From positions 4,774,001-4,838,000 of the forward strand of contig OX597820.1 in the NCBI GenBank assembly GCA_951406725.2: a stretch of 64,000 nucleotides of DNA, given 5' to 3'. Shown here one piece after another: positions 26,121 through 39,670 of this stretch. The notes beneath the pieces are model-generated. The model worked only from the letters and a program-made list of their open reading frames with translations. It did no database searches and was not told the origin of the DNA. The number at the start of each line of letters is the position of its first letter. Position 1 is the first letter of the stretch. The translations under genes were made by a program, and so were the position numbers. Source of the stretch: Octopus vulgaris. Taxonomy: Eukaryota.

Positions 26121-27539
26121 GCACACAACATGTCAGTCTTGGTGAGATGATTCCGAGTTGCTCCACCATGGCCAGAGCTACAGTAATAACTAAGACATGA
26201 GCAGCCTAGCGTTGGAATTTACAATGCGATATATTGGTAAAACAGAAACAACACCAAAAAGAATCAACTGAAGTTCTTTACCATAATCTCTTACTTGAAG
26301 AAAATTTACGAAGGCACCCGCCTCAGTTGATTAAATAGCTCTCAATATATAACTGGTACTATATTTTATTCACCCTTATCTGTAGGATTTGAACTCAGAA
26401 CGTAAATATTCGTAACTAAATACAAGCCATTCTTTTCCTAAGCTCTACCAATTCTGCCAGTCCAACATCTATATAACAATTTCATGGCAGGGTTTCTCAT
26501 AAGGGGCGTCCTCAGGGAACTGGTGCGTTTCAAGAGAGCGAGATCCAGGGTGAAGTGGTGCACCACAAGGTGCATCTAGGGTACTGCTGTATATTGGTAC
26601 TTTATGGGCATAAAGAGGTAACTGGAAAAACTGCGGTGGTCTGGTTGGTGCCCTGCCGCGGTGAACTCCTGCTCTGCAACGGGAAATCTAGAGGCACTGA
26701 GATAAACTGGTGCTCAATAAGACGTATCTGGAGACACAAGCAAGATATGAACAACGCGAGACAAAAAAAGAAAGAGGATAAAGAAATATAGTTTTTAGGG
26801 CTTGTTTGGTATTACGAGGGAAAATTTGCCCCCGTGTCAGGCAATGTAGTAAGGGCTACTATTGTCGGGAAAGGAAAACGCTTGTCTTATATTACAGCTT
26901 TGAAATGTAAGGTTGTGGAATTTGAAGAAAGTAAATGGTAACGGAATTTCTGAGAAGTTTTCTGTATCAGAGAGTTGTGAGAAATTGGAGGAAACAAAAA
27001 GAATCTTTTTGAGAAATACCAAAGACAAAAACTGTTGATGGAGGGAAGGTGGTTCTCTGTGCAGGAATGGAGAAAGAATTAACAGGTCGAGTCAGTGATC
27101 CGAGGAGTAGTACTTATATTCTAACATTGTTACGGATAAGTTTAAAGGTTACCGAGATAATCTCCTGATTTAAAACTTCCAATAGATGGAGCCATCGCTT
27201 TATGGCAAGAAATGAGGCTTTGTTTGCGAGATCAAACCAAGAAAATGTGACATGATTTCGAACATAATTGCGCTTCACGATTTTATTTAACATGATTTTC
27301 ATCTTGGACGAGTCAGTAACATGGTTGGACATCAAAGGAACGAAGACTGTTCATGCGAGGAGTAAAAGAGACGAAAGAATACATTTTAATGTAGTTCTTG
27401 TGGGTGTGGAAGGTTGTGGGTGGTGATGCTAAGTTTAAGTGATATTTAAAAGAAAATGATGACCAAAGTGACAAATTATTTACCAAATTACACATACACA
27501 CACATACAATGTAACCGTGCTACATACACTCTTACACAC

Positions 27540-27910
27540 AAGTGAAACGTGAGCTGCAAAGAAGAAGGAAGAACATTGATTGGCTACGGCGCAAAGGACC
27601 ATGGGAAAATCCATCTATGCTAAGAATATCATTGCTAGATTATATTTGAAACGAAGGAATTCGAGAATAGAATGGAAACGTACAACGAAATCGCAGAATA
27701 CCGAAAAGGTCGGACATTTCACGAGGTTCGCAGAGAACAATTGAACTCTTGCAATTGCCGTATGGTAGCCAAGAGATCGGAAAAGACCACCCTGAAGGCC
27801 TCCACGACGATCGGGAGAGGATTTAGTTCAGCGATTTGGGCCAAGATGGAAAAGAAGGGCGCAATTAAGATACAATTGGAGGCGCATTGTGACCGGCGAT
27901 GAAAATGATA
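27540..27910 (+). pseudogene. RTE-clade LINE 3' end relic
   Basis: Manual translation VGHFTRFAENN*TLAIAVW*PRDRKRPP*RPPRR...WKRRAQLRYNWRR fits RTE WAGHV.R....RW.....W.P...KR..GRPP.RW...W...A.DR..WR. Confidence 0.65.
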
Positions 27911-28476
27911 CAAATTACATACACACACCACACATATTATATATATACTCTTTTACTATTATTTGTTTCAGTCATTTGACTACGGCCATGCTGGAGCACC
28001 GCACCGCGCACACACCTTACTATTTCTATGGTCTCATTTACGATGCTCCGAAAACTGCTGGAGATGGAAGTTCTGTATGATAGAGGGCTGAGGGATAATC
28101 TCACCCGAGCAATTTGCGACCATATACCACACATTTACACCCCATAGATTTGACATCTGCGAAAGTTTCCCTATCAACAGCTCAGCATGGGATGCGCAGC
28201 TTCAAAGGACCCCAGCTGATCTGTGTTGTCCTTTATGTCGGAAATGTGTGCGCTTATCAACATCGGGCTGAAAGTCTATTTCAGACCAATACGCAAAGCC
28301 AGACAGATCTGCAACTGTTGATGAGATTTTTGACATAAAATACCCAAATTTTAAAACAAAATCAGGGCCAGGCAGTCATCTGAAGGCCTAGGGTAGAAAC
28401 GGTATCAAACCTTTTCCAGGCATATGTCTGCAATGAGAAAGTGGTTAAGTTCGAAATCAAGTTCACCCTCACCCTG

Positions 28477-28527
<51 letters not shown>

Positions 28528-28748
28528 TTATCCTAACTTACAAGGAAAAAATTCAATTTAGAAATACTAAATCAGATTTCACACAATATAATATATATTC
28601 TACCAATTATATACGTTTTTATTATTTTTTTTGCAATTTACTTAATCATCGGTATTTTATTGTTATTTTAATATTTCTATTATATGTAATTTTCTAGATG
28701 GTGTAATTTAATTGTTCATTTTGAATTGATAAAAGGTGGTTTTTTATA

Positions 28749-28812
<64 letters not shown>

Positions 28813-29050
28813 TCAATATAGGGTGGCAAAAAAAATTTTGTAGAATTCTTTTGCCACCAGCGGCCTAGTAGGAAAAAATTAAAATAGTCATAGACCATTT
28901 TTAAGTTCAACATCAACAATAAAGGAACGGCCATAATAGGCCATTCACCCACTAGAAATAACAGCCAAAGCTTCAACCGCAAATAAAAGTTAATTCAGTA
29001 AACCAGGAGAAAATTTAAAAAACATTTACCCTGTAATTTCTTATACGATA

Positions 29051-29134
29051 TACCGTTTCATCTGCTGATTAATGGTAAACTAACCTGATTAAATTAAATC
29101 AAGCCAATCTTCCACAGGCCCTCAGATTCTTCAG
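29051..29134 (-). ncRNA. Type I hammerhead-like ribozyme with extended stem II (inverted copy)
   Basis: Reverse complement of 29372-29455. Confidence 0.6.
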
Positions 29135-29371
29135 TAAGAAATAGCCCAAGACGGAACAGATATTTTCACGAGGCATTTCCGACGTTGCCAAGTTTATATC
29201 TGACCTAAAATTTTCAAATCGTCGCACTCGCGCCAAATTTATCGGCAGCAAATAAATATAAGCCGTCGATTCCATTACGGAATTAACCAGAAAATTCATA
29301 ATTAATCAATATAGGGTGGCAAAAAAAAAATGCCTCGTGAAAATATCTGTTCCGTCTTGGGCTATTTCTTA

Positions 29372-29455
29372 CTGAAGAATCTGAGGGCCTGTGGAAGATT
29401 GGCTTGATTTAATTTAATCAGGTTAGTTTACCATTAATCAGCAGATGAAACGGTA
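29372..29455 (+). ncRNA. Type I hammerhead-like ribozyme with extended stem II
   Basis: CUGAAGA-AUCUG-[58 nt containing an 18-bp hairpin]-CAGAU-GAAAC-G-GUA. Confidence 0.62.
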
Positions 29456-29864
29456 TATCGTATAATAAATTACAGGGTAAATGTTTTTTAAATTTTCTCC
29501 TGGTTTACTGAATTAACTTTTATTTGCGGTTGAAGCTTTGGCTGTTATTTCTAGTGGGTGAATGGCCTATTATGGCCGTTCCTTTATTGTTGATGTTGAA
29601 CTTAAAAATGGTCTATGACTATTTTAATTTTTTCCTACTAGGCCGCTGGTGGCAAAAGAATTCTACAAAATTTTTTTTGCCACCCTATATTGATTAATTA
29701 TGAATTTTCTGGTTAATTCCGTAATGGAATCGACGGCTTATATTTATTTGCTGCCGATAAATTTGGCGCGAGTGCGACGATTTGAAAATTTTAGGTCAGA
29801 TATAAACTTGGCAACGTCGGAAATGCCTCGTGAAAATATCTGTTCCGTCTTGGGCTATTTCTTA

Positions 29865-29948
29865 CTGAAGAATCTGAGGGCCTGTGGAAGATTGGCTTGA
29901 TTTAATTTAATCAGGTTAGTTTACCATTAATCAGCAGATGAAACGGTA
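29865..29948 (+). ncRNA. Type I hammerhead-like ribozyme with extended stem II (second tandem copy)
   Basis: Same core exactly 493 nt downstream of the first copy. Confidence 0.62.
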
Positions 29949-31800
29949 TATCGTATAAGAAATTACAGGGTAAATGTTTTTTAAATTTTCTCCTGGTTTA
30001 CTGAATTAACTTTTATTTGCGGTTGAAGCTTTGGCTGTTATTTCTAGTGGGTGAATGGCCTATTATGGCCGTTCCTTTATTGTTGATATATATATATATA
30101 TATATGATGTACCAACACACAATCATTATCTCGTATTAGTTACCATTCTCTCTCTCACTCTCCCATGTGTGTGTGGTGTGTGAGTGTGTGTGTGTTATTC
30201 TTTCCCCTGCTATATAAATGATATTCTTTCCCATGCTAGTTATATAATATCTTTACCATACAACTGACATCTTGCCCGTCAATCCCGCCAAATTATGAAA
30301 CTGCATAAAACGCTGACAACAAGTAGTCTGCATATTCAGTGACACGAAACCTCATCCACGGCATCCAACTAACACATGTCATCACAGTTCGTTATATTGA
30401 ATTCATATAAAAATTATTGCTAGCGAAACATTCTGCCGTGTTTGTTATAAATTTGTTTTCCTTTCTACGTCGTTCTCCTCGTTGAATCCAGCGACTGAAA
30501 CAGCGATAATATAAACCATCGAAAGATTTGATTTAATAAAGATAAACTGGCCAAGCATGTGTTTTCCATATATAACATTTCCGCTTTTTAATTGGGTTAA
30601 ATCGGTTTGCTTATGAAAGTGAAAATGTTCTTTAGAGACGACCGGAAAGAGATTTAAGGTTAACCACTCTCTAATGTTTACGCAGAAACACTCGCTCCTT
30701 AGATGAATTTAAGGTGTCAAATTAGACGAAATTAACAGCCAAATATTTCCCCCTGGGGACAGACCTTTCGAGAAATATGTTGAACAAAAACAACAAAAAA
30801 TACTACAAACATCTAAAAATAAATATACATGTGCAATAGACCTTGAGAGACCTCGGGGTGTTATTAAAGAGCGAAAAATCTCTTAATGGTGGATATTTAT
30901 CATGTTAATGTAATTCCACGGAGAATTTTAATATGATTTTTTGACCCGTTTATAATCCTTTGAGTTTTCATTTCAAAAAATTGCCATCGTCAGATCTGGT
31001 CAGTTACCACTGTTTCATACAGCTACACACTCAAGGGTATACAGTATGCGTGTACACACACATACACTCGAGTATATACATATACACACATGAGTATGTG
31101 CGTATGTATATATACACGCGCGCACGAGTATAATGCATACATACAGGTGTGTGTCTGCGTATATGTATGTCTATGTATATATGCGTCTTGTGTTAAACAG
31201 TTGTCACAGTTTCAAATCCCAATGCTGGTTGTCTTCAGTTGGGGTGGCATTACAATTACTTAAGGGTGGACTCACCCTACCTACCATCCCGGATACTTAG
31301 GGTAATATCTGACATATAGTAATACGGTTGTGGAACTCTATCTTCCAACCAAGGTAGTTAGGGGGCTTTTGATGAATGGTTTACTCCAATCACCAGCCAC
31401 CCGAAGTAGTAAGGGTAACATCTGAGAAACAATTTACAATTGTGGGACCCACTCTATTCAGCTTCCACCCAGAGTATTTAGGGATACGTCAGATGAATGG
31501 GTTACAGCTATGATGTTTCTGTAAAATAATGGTGAAAATCAACTGGTTGAGTATACCACTGACACATCTACCCTTAACCTAAATAGAAGCAACAAGACAC
31601 AATGTGCGACAGGGAAGTTTGAATCAAGGGTACAATTCGTCCGATGGGCTTCCACCCAGTTTCCATCCTAATTTTACTCACGTGATGTAGGTCAACTCGA
31701 AACTCTATGGGACACCTTTTTTTCCAAAATGCCACACAGTGGGAACAAATACCGAATCTTGTAATTGTGAAGCGAACTTTTTAAGCATTTGGCCATGCTG

Positions 31801-31849
<49 letters not shown>

Positions 31850-32187
31850 GCGGAAGCTAATCGATCGATCCCTGGTATCTTACTGGTATTTATTGTATTG
31901 GCTCTGAAAGGATGAAAGGCAAAGTCGATCTCGGCAGAATTTGAACACAGAACGTAAAACCGGAAGAAATACCATTTTGCATTTTGTCCGGCACGGTGAC
32001 GATTCTGCATTCTCACCGCCTTAAGAGACTCTTTACATTTTAAGTTCAAATCCTGCCATTGTCAACTTTGTCTTTAATTTCTCGGGGGCGGGGAGGGTCG
32101 GTAAAATAAAATACTTGTTAAGTCATGGAGTTGATGCATGGACTCGCCCTCAACCCTTACCACTGCAAACCTTGTGGCTGCTGCTGC

Positions 32188-32255
32188 TACTACTACTACT
32201 ACCACTACTACCACTACTACCACTACTACTACTACTACCACCACTACTACTACCA

Positions 32256-32332
<77 letters not shown>
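32188..32332. repeat. (TAC/CAC)n microsatellite
   Basis: Direct reading. Confidence 0.95.
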
Positions 32333-32506
32333 GGACGAAATGCCTAGTGATATTTCGTCCGTCATTACGTTCAAATTCTGCCGAGGTCGACTTTGCCTTT
32401 CATCCTTTTGAACTTGATAAATTAGGTACAAGTGATACACTGGACTCGATGTCCATGCGCCTTTAGTTGAAAAGATTATTATTATTATTACTATTACTAC
32501 TACTAC

Positions 32507-32720
32507 TAAGGCGGCGAGCTGGAAGAATCGTTAGCGCGCCGGGCGAAATGCTTAGCGGCATTTCACTCGTCGCTATGTTCTGAGTTCAAATTCCGCCGAG
32601 GTCGACTTTGCCTTTCATCTTTTCGGGGTCGATGAATTAAGTACCAGTTGAGTACTGGAGTCGATCTAATCGACAAATCTCCTTCCCCAAAATGACTGCC
32701 CCTGTGACAAAATTTGAAAC
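32507..32720 (+). mobile_element. SINE family A monomer with complete tRNA-like head
   Basis: aaggcggcgagctggaagaatcgttagc (A-box region)...gagttcaaattcc (B-box). Older copies lie at 31860-32130 and 32335-32460. Confidence 0.88.
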
Positions 32721-33249
32721 GATTATCATTATTATTATTATTATTATTAATGTCTGCAGATGCCACAATGTATCAATATCCATGAATGAAATATTTTCGT
32801 GTGAAGAATTCTGCGAAAATATTTGAAGAAAACAATTGAACAAAGCAATGTTGATAGTTTCATGGGAGAAAAAAGTGTTTGAGGGGAAGGGCAGTTGAAG
32901 AATGTTATAGACGCATGTCTTTTGTTAAATCAAACACACACAGTTGATAAATCACTTCTATCATTTGCAGTTAAACTATTATACGCGTTCCCATGCGTTG
33001 TCCCTACAGACATTGATATATACACGCACTCGTTATATACTGTATATGTTCCAGCTCCCGTTTCTGTGTTTTAATTTTCACACTTGTATGTCTGGGCAAC
33101 TTACTGCTAATTCACATTCACGCACAGAACTTGCTCACCAACCCCATAGTTCCGGGTTCAGTCCCACTGAATGTGGCCAATTCCTTTTTCAGAAAGGAAA
33201 GTTTTCATATCTTTTACGCGATGAGTACTAGCCGAATCCCAGATCAAAA

Positions 33250-34239
33250 GACCTCTTTGAGAACCACGTAAAACAAGTGGCATAGTTAAATCAACCCATT
33301 TCCTTATAACAGTTTGTGTGCACAAACCTTTTCCGTTTCAAGGACATAAATGCCCGAAACTCGTTCTATTTTCTCTTCTTTGCCCTTTGTGATGTTAAGC
33401 GGTGGGAATTTTGTTCCATGAAGACGAATTGCCAAAATACAAGTAACTCTCGCACTTTCGAAACCCGTCGAGGCAACGACGATTGACGAGGCACCTGTCT
33501 GTTCAAATGTCGTTTTAGACATAAATACTGCAGTCTTATCCGAAGCAATTATATGGGAGAGATTATATTTAGAAAAGTCGATGTCATCAACTAAATACGT
33601 GAATGCAAGTTCACGTTGAATCACTTCCAGCTTGAACAGTGTTGTTGATCTTCTTAGAGAGAGAACTCAAATCATCGAAGGAAGTTATCCAACCAATGAG
33701 GTGATGCTTTGAATATCTCTAGGGCTATATCCAACTGTAGTGCCATTGCAAGAGCAAATTCTTGAAGATCAGCCATGCGTACAACCAAAGCCTTTGGTCT
33801 TCTGTCAGTGATCCATCCCGAGGTGATATCTTCCAGCTCCGAAAATATGGTTGTCGACCTGATCCACACATGCACTTCTTAGCACTTCCTTCGTCTGCTG
33901 AGATTATTGTACTCTGATCGCCATTTTCGAACTATTCGGAGATTCATCTTCTCCATACAGAAAGCTGTAAGACTCTTCCACAATTCCTTTCTAGTATTCC
34001 ACGGAATAATTCTTTCTTTTTGCACTCATTTTTCCTGGGGGAGAAGGGAGTTAACCCCGTGCATGCGCGCTTAGCGCAGACTTGAGCCAAGCTGCGGTAG
34101 TTGGTTTATTTTGCAAACATCACTTGGTCTTGCTAACAAGGTGATGCATTTTTAAGTAGGTCATATTTTCGGGGTAGAGCTTATATTCAAAACATCTTTA
34201 AAAAATCATGGTAGGGATTATTTTCGGGGAAACACGGTA
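33250..34239 (-). pseudogene. pogo/Tigger-family transposon relic (CENP-B-type HTH and start of DDE_1 domain)
   Basis: Terminus taccgtgtttccccgaaaataa at 34239. ORF pieces FKASPHWLDNFLR and IIASDKTAVF...VASTGFESARVTCILAIRLHGTKFPPL match pogo F.AS.GWL..F and N.DET...TG.EK.R.T..L..A.G.KLPP. Confidence 0.85.
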
Positions 34240-34735
34240 CAAAGACCTCTTTCGGTCATGAATGACCATGGGATTACACCTAGAAAGTTACCCTCCGAGG
34301 CACAAGTCCAAGCAAGGTTGTTTATGGAAGACTAGCAGTCACCCATGGATACCAGCCTCTTCTCTCCATGCCATTATATGTACATAGGGTAAAGGGCAAA
34401 GACCCCCTTCGGTCATGAATGACCATGGGGTTGCACCTAGAAAGTTACCCTCCGAGGCACAAGTCCGGGCAAGGTTGCTTATAGAAGACCAGCAGTCATC
34501 CATACATACCAGTTTCCCCTCTACTCACCACTGGTGTTATCCAAGGGAAAGGCAAAGGTCAATACAGCTTGACACTAGTGACATCACAACTCATTTCTAC
34601 AGCTGAGTGAACTGGAGCAAACGTGAAATGAAGCGTCTTGCTCAAGACCAAAACATACAGTCCAGTCCTGGAATCGAACTTACTACCTCATGATTGTGAG
34701 TCCGACGCTCTAACCATCGAGCCATGCGCCTTCGT
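34240..34735 (-). mobile_element. tRNA-derived SINE family C with duplicated 3' tail
   Basis: Minus head gaaggcgcatggctcgatggttagagcg...gagttcgattcc (A/B boxes); tail aaagacc..ttcggtcatgaatgaccatggg repeated at 34241 and 34398. Confidence 0.85.
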
Positions 34736-35095
34736 ACTGTGGATAAGTAGAATGCTGCGAATGTAAATTCTAAGGAGGGGAGGAGGAACCTATGACCACA
34801 CCATCTGGTTCTCCATTGGGGTCGTTGTAAAGGCACCTCGGTTGTACACAATATGAAAAAAGTGTTTTTGTTTTGATAAGTTTGTTAGCGTGAGGGGCGG
34901 TTTTATATTTAATATATGCTTTTGTCTGCAAATATAATTCTCCAGAACTTTCAACACGCATATAAATGTCTCATTTAAAATAAAACATCTCCAGACCTAC
35001 ATTGAATTACTGAGACGTGTAAATGTACTTCACGAGGACACAGCTTGGTTTATGACCCTCTCTGTACTCTATCTATCTATCTATCTATCTATCTA

Positions 35096-35136
<41 letters not shown>

Positions 35137-35754
35137 TATACACATTTACAGGCGTGTACATACATGTGAGCGCGCACACGCTCACATATGGGTGTATATA
35201 CACTTAAACATACAGATAAATACATATGCATTAATGTATATTTGCATACATATAAACACATTTATCATTCCTTTTCAATATTTAACTTCTGACAACGAAG
35301 GATGGGCCCGTAAACAAAAAAAAAAACATAACAACAACAGCAACAACAATAATAAGCGCCGGTACGCATTCATCCTTTCAATAGAACGGGTTACTGGAGT
35401 GAGGGGATGTACAGATATGTAGTTAGATAAAAAAACGATGGGTGGGGCGAATATATATGTATATAAATATGTATGTGTGTGTGTAAGAACATAGAAAGAG
35501 TCTGATATAAATACATACATACATACATACATACAAGACATCAATATATAAACGTACGCAAACAAATATATGAAAAGGAAATAGGAACAAAAACAAGACA
35601 CCCACACATCGATGTTAAGTCATCCGCTTGGGTGAATTAAGACACCCACGGTTGCGACCACTCGTGTTGTATTCTAAGCTGGTGGATGTAAAAGTATCTG
35701 TCATTATACATACATACATATATATGTATATATTTAAAAAAAATTTTTAATTTT

Positions 35755-35949
35755 ATTTTATTTGTTTCAGTCCTTTGACTGCGGCCATGCTGGAGCACCG
35801 CCTTTAGTCGAGCAAATCGACCCCGGGACTTATTCTTTGTAAGCCCAGTACCTATTCTATCGGTGTCTTTTGCCGAACCGCTAAGTGACGGGGACGTAAA
35901 CACACCAGCATCGTTGTCAAGCAATGCTAGGGGAACAAACACAGACACA

Positions 35950-36011
<62 letters not shown>

Positions 36012-36177
36012 CATATATACGACAGGCTTCTTTCAGTTTCCGTCTACCAACCCACTCACAAGGCATTGGTCGGCCCGGGGCTATAGCAGAAGACACTTGC
36101 CCAAGATGCCACGCAGTGGTACTGAACCCGGACACATGTGGTTGGTTAGCAAGCTACTTACCACATAGCCACTCCTA
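35755..36177 (-). mobile_element. Full-length SINE family B
   Basis: Reverse complement of 4548-5000, including the internal microsatellite. Confidence 0.88.
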
Positions 36178-36369
36178 TATATATATATATATATATGCTA
36201 GCTGACTCTGTGCCATAAAAAATGACGGCTAATTGTAGTATTTTAGATATAAATTAGCAGTCGAGACCTGCGTAATCTAGACGGCGTTTTAAAATTTCAT
36301 TATATTCTTTAACGCGGGCAACGCCGGGTATTTCTGCTAGTAAAATATATTTGAAGAAATTTTGGTGAT

Positions 36370-36987
36370 TCATTTGACAGAGGTAGAAGAGAGTGAGCCA
36401 ATCCAATGATAAATCTGACCCTGTATCTTGAAAGTTTGCATGAATCCTGGCTCAGTTAAATCTCTTGTGGCTCCAAATGATGTCATCTGTAGTGCAGCGT
36501 TGTATTGTCTAATTTTGATTTGGAAGTGCTTGGAATCTTGGTCACTTGATGACAACACTTTCTTCAATGGCTCTGGAGGTTGGGGGATTGCTGGGAGTTT
36601 AACCTTTCTACCACTGCAGCACAGTGCAAGTGTCTCTCCAGGCCACCTCCTTGCTTTATAATGTATGCACTCACTTGTTATTGCACCAATGGAAACTCTA
36701 GTGTCCTCTGCATAATGAACTGCTGGATCATAACTGAAAGCTGCTTCACAGAAGTTGCTTCCCTGACCTGTTGCAACTGCTCTTCGTTCTGCAGTGGAGA
36801 TCCTATTCCTTGCCAGCCGTCCATACCTCTGTTCATCACTTTGAGATGCTCTGACTTTTGTAGTGCTCAGTCTGTTCGTTTCTTGACGTGCTTCCCTTTC
36901 TGCAGCTGTCTCTCTTTCCCTGGACAGAGACATTCTTTTGGCTCGCCTTGATATTGTAGACAAATTTGACACTTTCTTTCTAGGCAT
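36370..36987 (-). pseudogene. Helitron RepHel N-terminal fragment (truncated before the Rep and helicase cores)
   Basis: MPRKK...AAFSYDP...IGAITSECIHYKARRWPGETLALCCSGRKVKLP..PPEPL...IRQYNAALQMTSFGA...FKIQGQIYHWIGSL is the typical animal Helitron N-terminal Zn-binding region. Confidence 0.88.
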
Positions 36988-37399
36988 GGTTATAAGCGTA
37001 TACAGAAATACACGGATGCAGAAAATAGTCAACAATGAAAATAACTGGGTAAGGGAAATTATATTTCTTAATAAGACGGACAGAAAGTAAATAAGAAATA
37101 CGGGTTCAGGCAAAATTTGTCTCTCAGTGAACCAAAGAGCCGGCATCGAAGGAACCAGAAAAAAACCGGCAGTAACAGAAAAACACAAAACGGATTGAAG
37201 TGAAATTTATGAAGATACTTCTGTCAGTAAATCATGAAATTACTTACATCAGTGATTGTGAATTTCTTTCTGTCAGTAATTTGTCGTCGTTTGTTTGTAA
37301 ATAGCGATTGAAAACTTAAACTTACAGTGAAAACAATAACGATTGAAGTTAATGTGAAAAAAAAGCCATGGCGTCTGAAAATTGAAAGAGAAAACAATA

Positions 37400-37665
37400 G
37401 AGAGTGAGAGAGAGAGAGAGAGAAAGGGGAGAGAGAGAGAAAGGGAGAGAGAATGAGAGAGAGAGAAAGGGCAGAGAGAAAGGGGAGAGAGAAAGGGAGA
37501 GAGAGAGAAAGGAAGGGAGAGAGAGAGAGAGAGAAAGGAAGGGAGAGAGAGAGAAAGGAAGGGAGAGAGAGAGAAAGGGAGAGAGAGACAGAGATGGACA
37601 GAGAGATGTATTACAGAGAGGCAGAGATAGAAAGAGAGAGAGACTGAGAGAAATAGATAGAGAGA
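37400..37665. repeat. GA-rich microsatellite
   Basis: Direct reading. Confidence 0.9.
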
Positions 37666-37885
37666 TGTGTTACCTCACTGGCGCTAGAAAATCCGGAGGC
37701 AAATATTTTAAAATCTTTAAAAGACGGGAATCTTATTAAAAAGCAATATTTTAAATTATTTTTAATAAAAAAAATCAAATGAAGAGCCTATTATTTGTCC
37801 GAGGTCAAATTATTCATGCACCACAAGTATGGAAGCCGTTTTCGCGAGAGAAATGAATACACTCACATCTTTGTTTTATATATTA

Positions 37886-38269
37886 CTAGCACTATGACCT
37901 GGCAACGCCGGGTCGTAGTGCTAGTGCTAGTGCATGAATATACAGCTGCGTGCGCGCGCACATTCACACGCGAGTACTGTCCAAATCTCCGACCAATCAC
38001 ATACAGCTAACTGGCATTCAATTGGCGTATCAAGTTTCGGGCATTTTGATTGGGTTTTGGATAGAAAATTCACAAAAGAGTCACTTCTATTGATTTTTTA
38101 ATGGCTTTGCGGGGTGACTGGGGAAATGTAAAGATGTGCACGACCACCCTTGGACGGTTTTGAATGACCTTAGAAAGTGCGAGCCCTCTAAATGAAAAAT
38201 TGTGGATTTGTATAAAGGACACATACACACAGACACACACAGACATTTTGCCGTTTATATATATAGAGA
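37886..38269 (-). mobile_element. Non-autonomous Helitron
   Basis: 5' a|TCtctatatatataaac at 38269; 3' palindrome ctagcactatgacctggcaacgccgggtcgtagtgctag ending in CTAG at 37886. Confidence 0.75.
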
Positions 38270-39271
38270 TTAGCTAAGGTACAAAACCACAAATGTCGTT
38301 AGGTTCCTCTTCTTGGATTCCCTGCGGAAGATATTCGCGCGCGCGCACACATCTATATTACATTAGGACAAGGTATGGAAGTTAAGTTGTATGACACGAA
38401 AAGTAAGATTTCTTGCCGAGGCTGTAAAGTAATATTGAATAAAAAACACATATTCTTCTTGGTGTTTTTATTTTGTTTGTAAGATTTTTGATGTGAGTTC
38501 GTGTGTTGAAACAAATCTTGTTGCGTCTTGGTGGGGTCATTAAGCCAATGATAATCAACACACGCACCTGTCCAATATCACTTCTTATTGTTCATCAATC
38601 GGTTGAATATCTAACTAACTAACCGATCGTCTATTTAACGTGTTGGTTAACGAAAATCAATTTGCTGTTTGTTCGTCAAAGTCCTTTCGTCACTATTCTC
38701 CACCTCACCCATGACACACCCGCTCTTTGCAAGATCGCGTTTTTTTTTTCCTGTCTACTTCGTCCGGAGCTGTGTTTGTTTTTTTTTTTTCCACTCGTTT
38801 ACTGTACTATGTTTTGTTGGTGTACTACTATCAACTCTTTTGTCGATCCGTCATTGTAACGTAATACTTAGGGAAGTCGATAGTAAAACAACTTATGTCA
38901 TATCTGATAATGGAATTTTCATGACTCTGCTGTTTTCGTTTCGATATCACACACGAATAAGTGTAAAAGTTTAGGACCATAAATGGAAATATAAATGTCG
39001 TAGTAAACTTTTATTCATTAAGTTATGTTTCACAACACTTTAAACATTCAACTTGTAAATAATATTTTACTACACCTGCCAATATTCTTTTGTTATTGTT
39101 GTTGTTTCGCCTCAGGTTACACGTGATCCGACGCACACTCGATCAAGCATTTGTCAGCCGTGACGAAGCCTCTTTGTGTGTATAAGTCGGCTTTAATTCA
39201 GACGGAGATAATGTCATTTGAGTGAGGTTTGGTTGCTATTTCTAACGCATCAAGCGACCGCGTAGGGTTTC

Positions 39272-39594
39272 CTCTAGTGGCTCGATCTACATTTACATTG
39301 CTGATAATTCAGTTGACTGAACAACCGAATCCTCGTCGCCAAACGACGGAGATCCACCACCACCACCACCACCACCATTTCATTAGCATATTGGCAACTT
39401 CGCTGATGAAGTCATAATATGTTTAAAACTTGTGATGTGTTAGAAAATTACTATTTTTAAATCTCACAACGTGAGATATTCAGTAACAGTATTTTGGAGT
39501 AAAGATTGTTTGCCAACATGACATGGCAGTCCTGGTTTAGGAATAACGTTGCTGTAATTTAGCCCCAGGAGACTATAGGTCACGATCTGTGTCC

Positions 39595-39626
<32 letters not shown>

Positions 39627-39628
39627 TT

Positions 39629-39670
<42 letters not shown>

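Larger units (their letters stand above)
28806..30087. mobile_element. 493-bp hammerhead-containing unit: ~1.07 copies on minus joined to ~1.54 tandem copies on plus, within (TA)n
   Basis: Period 493 (aaatgcctcg at 29328 and 29821; taattaatcaatatagg at 28806 and 29299). 28806-29330 is the reverse complement of the plus-strand unit. (TA)n lies on both sides. Confidence 0.92.
36198..37885 (-). mobile_element. Internally deleted Helitron carrying the RepHel 5' coding part
   Basis: 3' hairpin gccgt...atggc and CTAG at 36198; Helitron-like 5' sequence taatatataaaac at ~37885; RepHel ORF inside. Confidence 0.6.

Noticed and set aside
26760-27480. Possible L1/Tx1 relic on minus (DLANKASFLAIKRW)
   Set aside because: Motif similarity too weak to call without a profile search
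29700-29900. Identical 66-aa ORF on both strands (also 29099-29299)
   Set aside because: A consequence of the inverted repeat; no recognisable motif, and it overlaps the hammerhead
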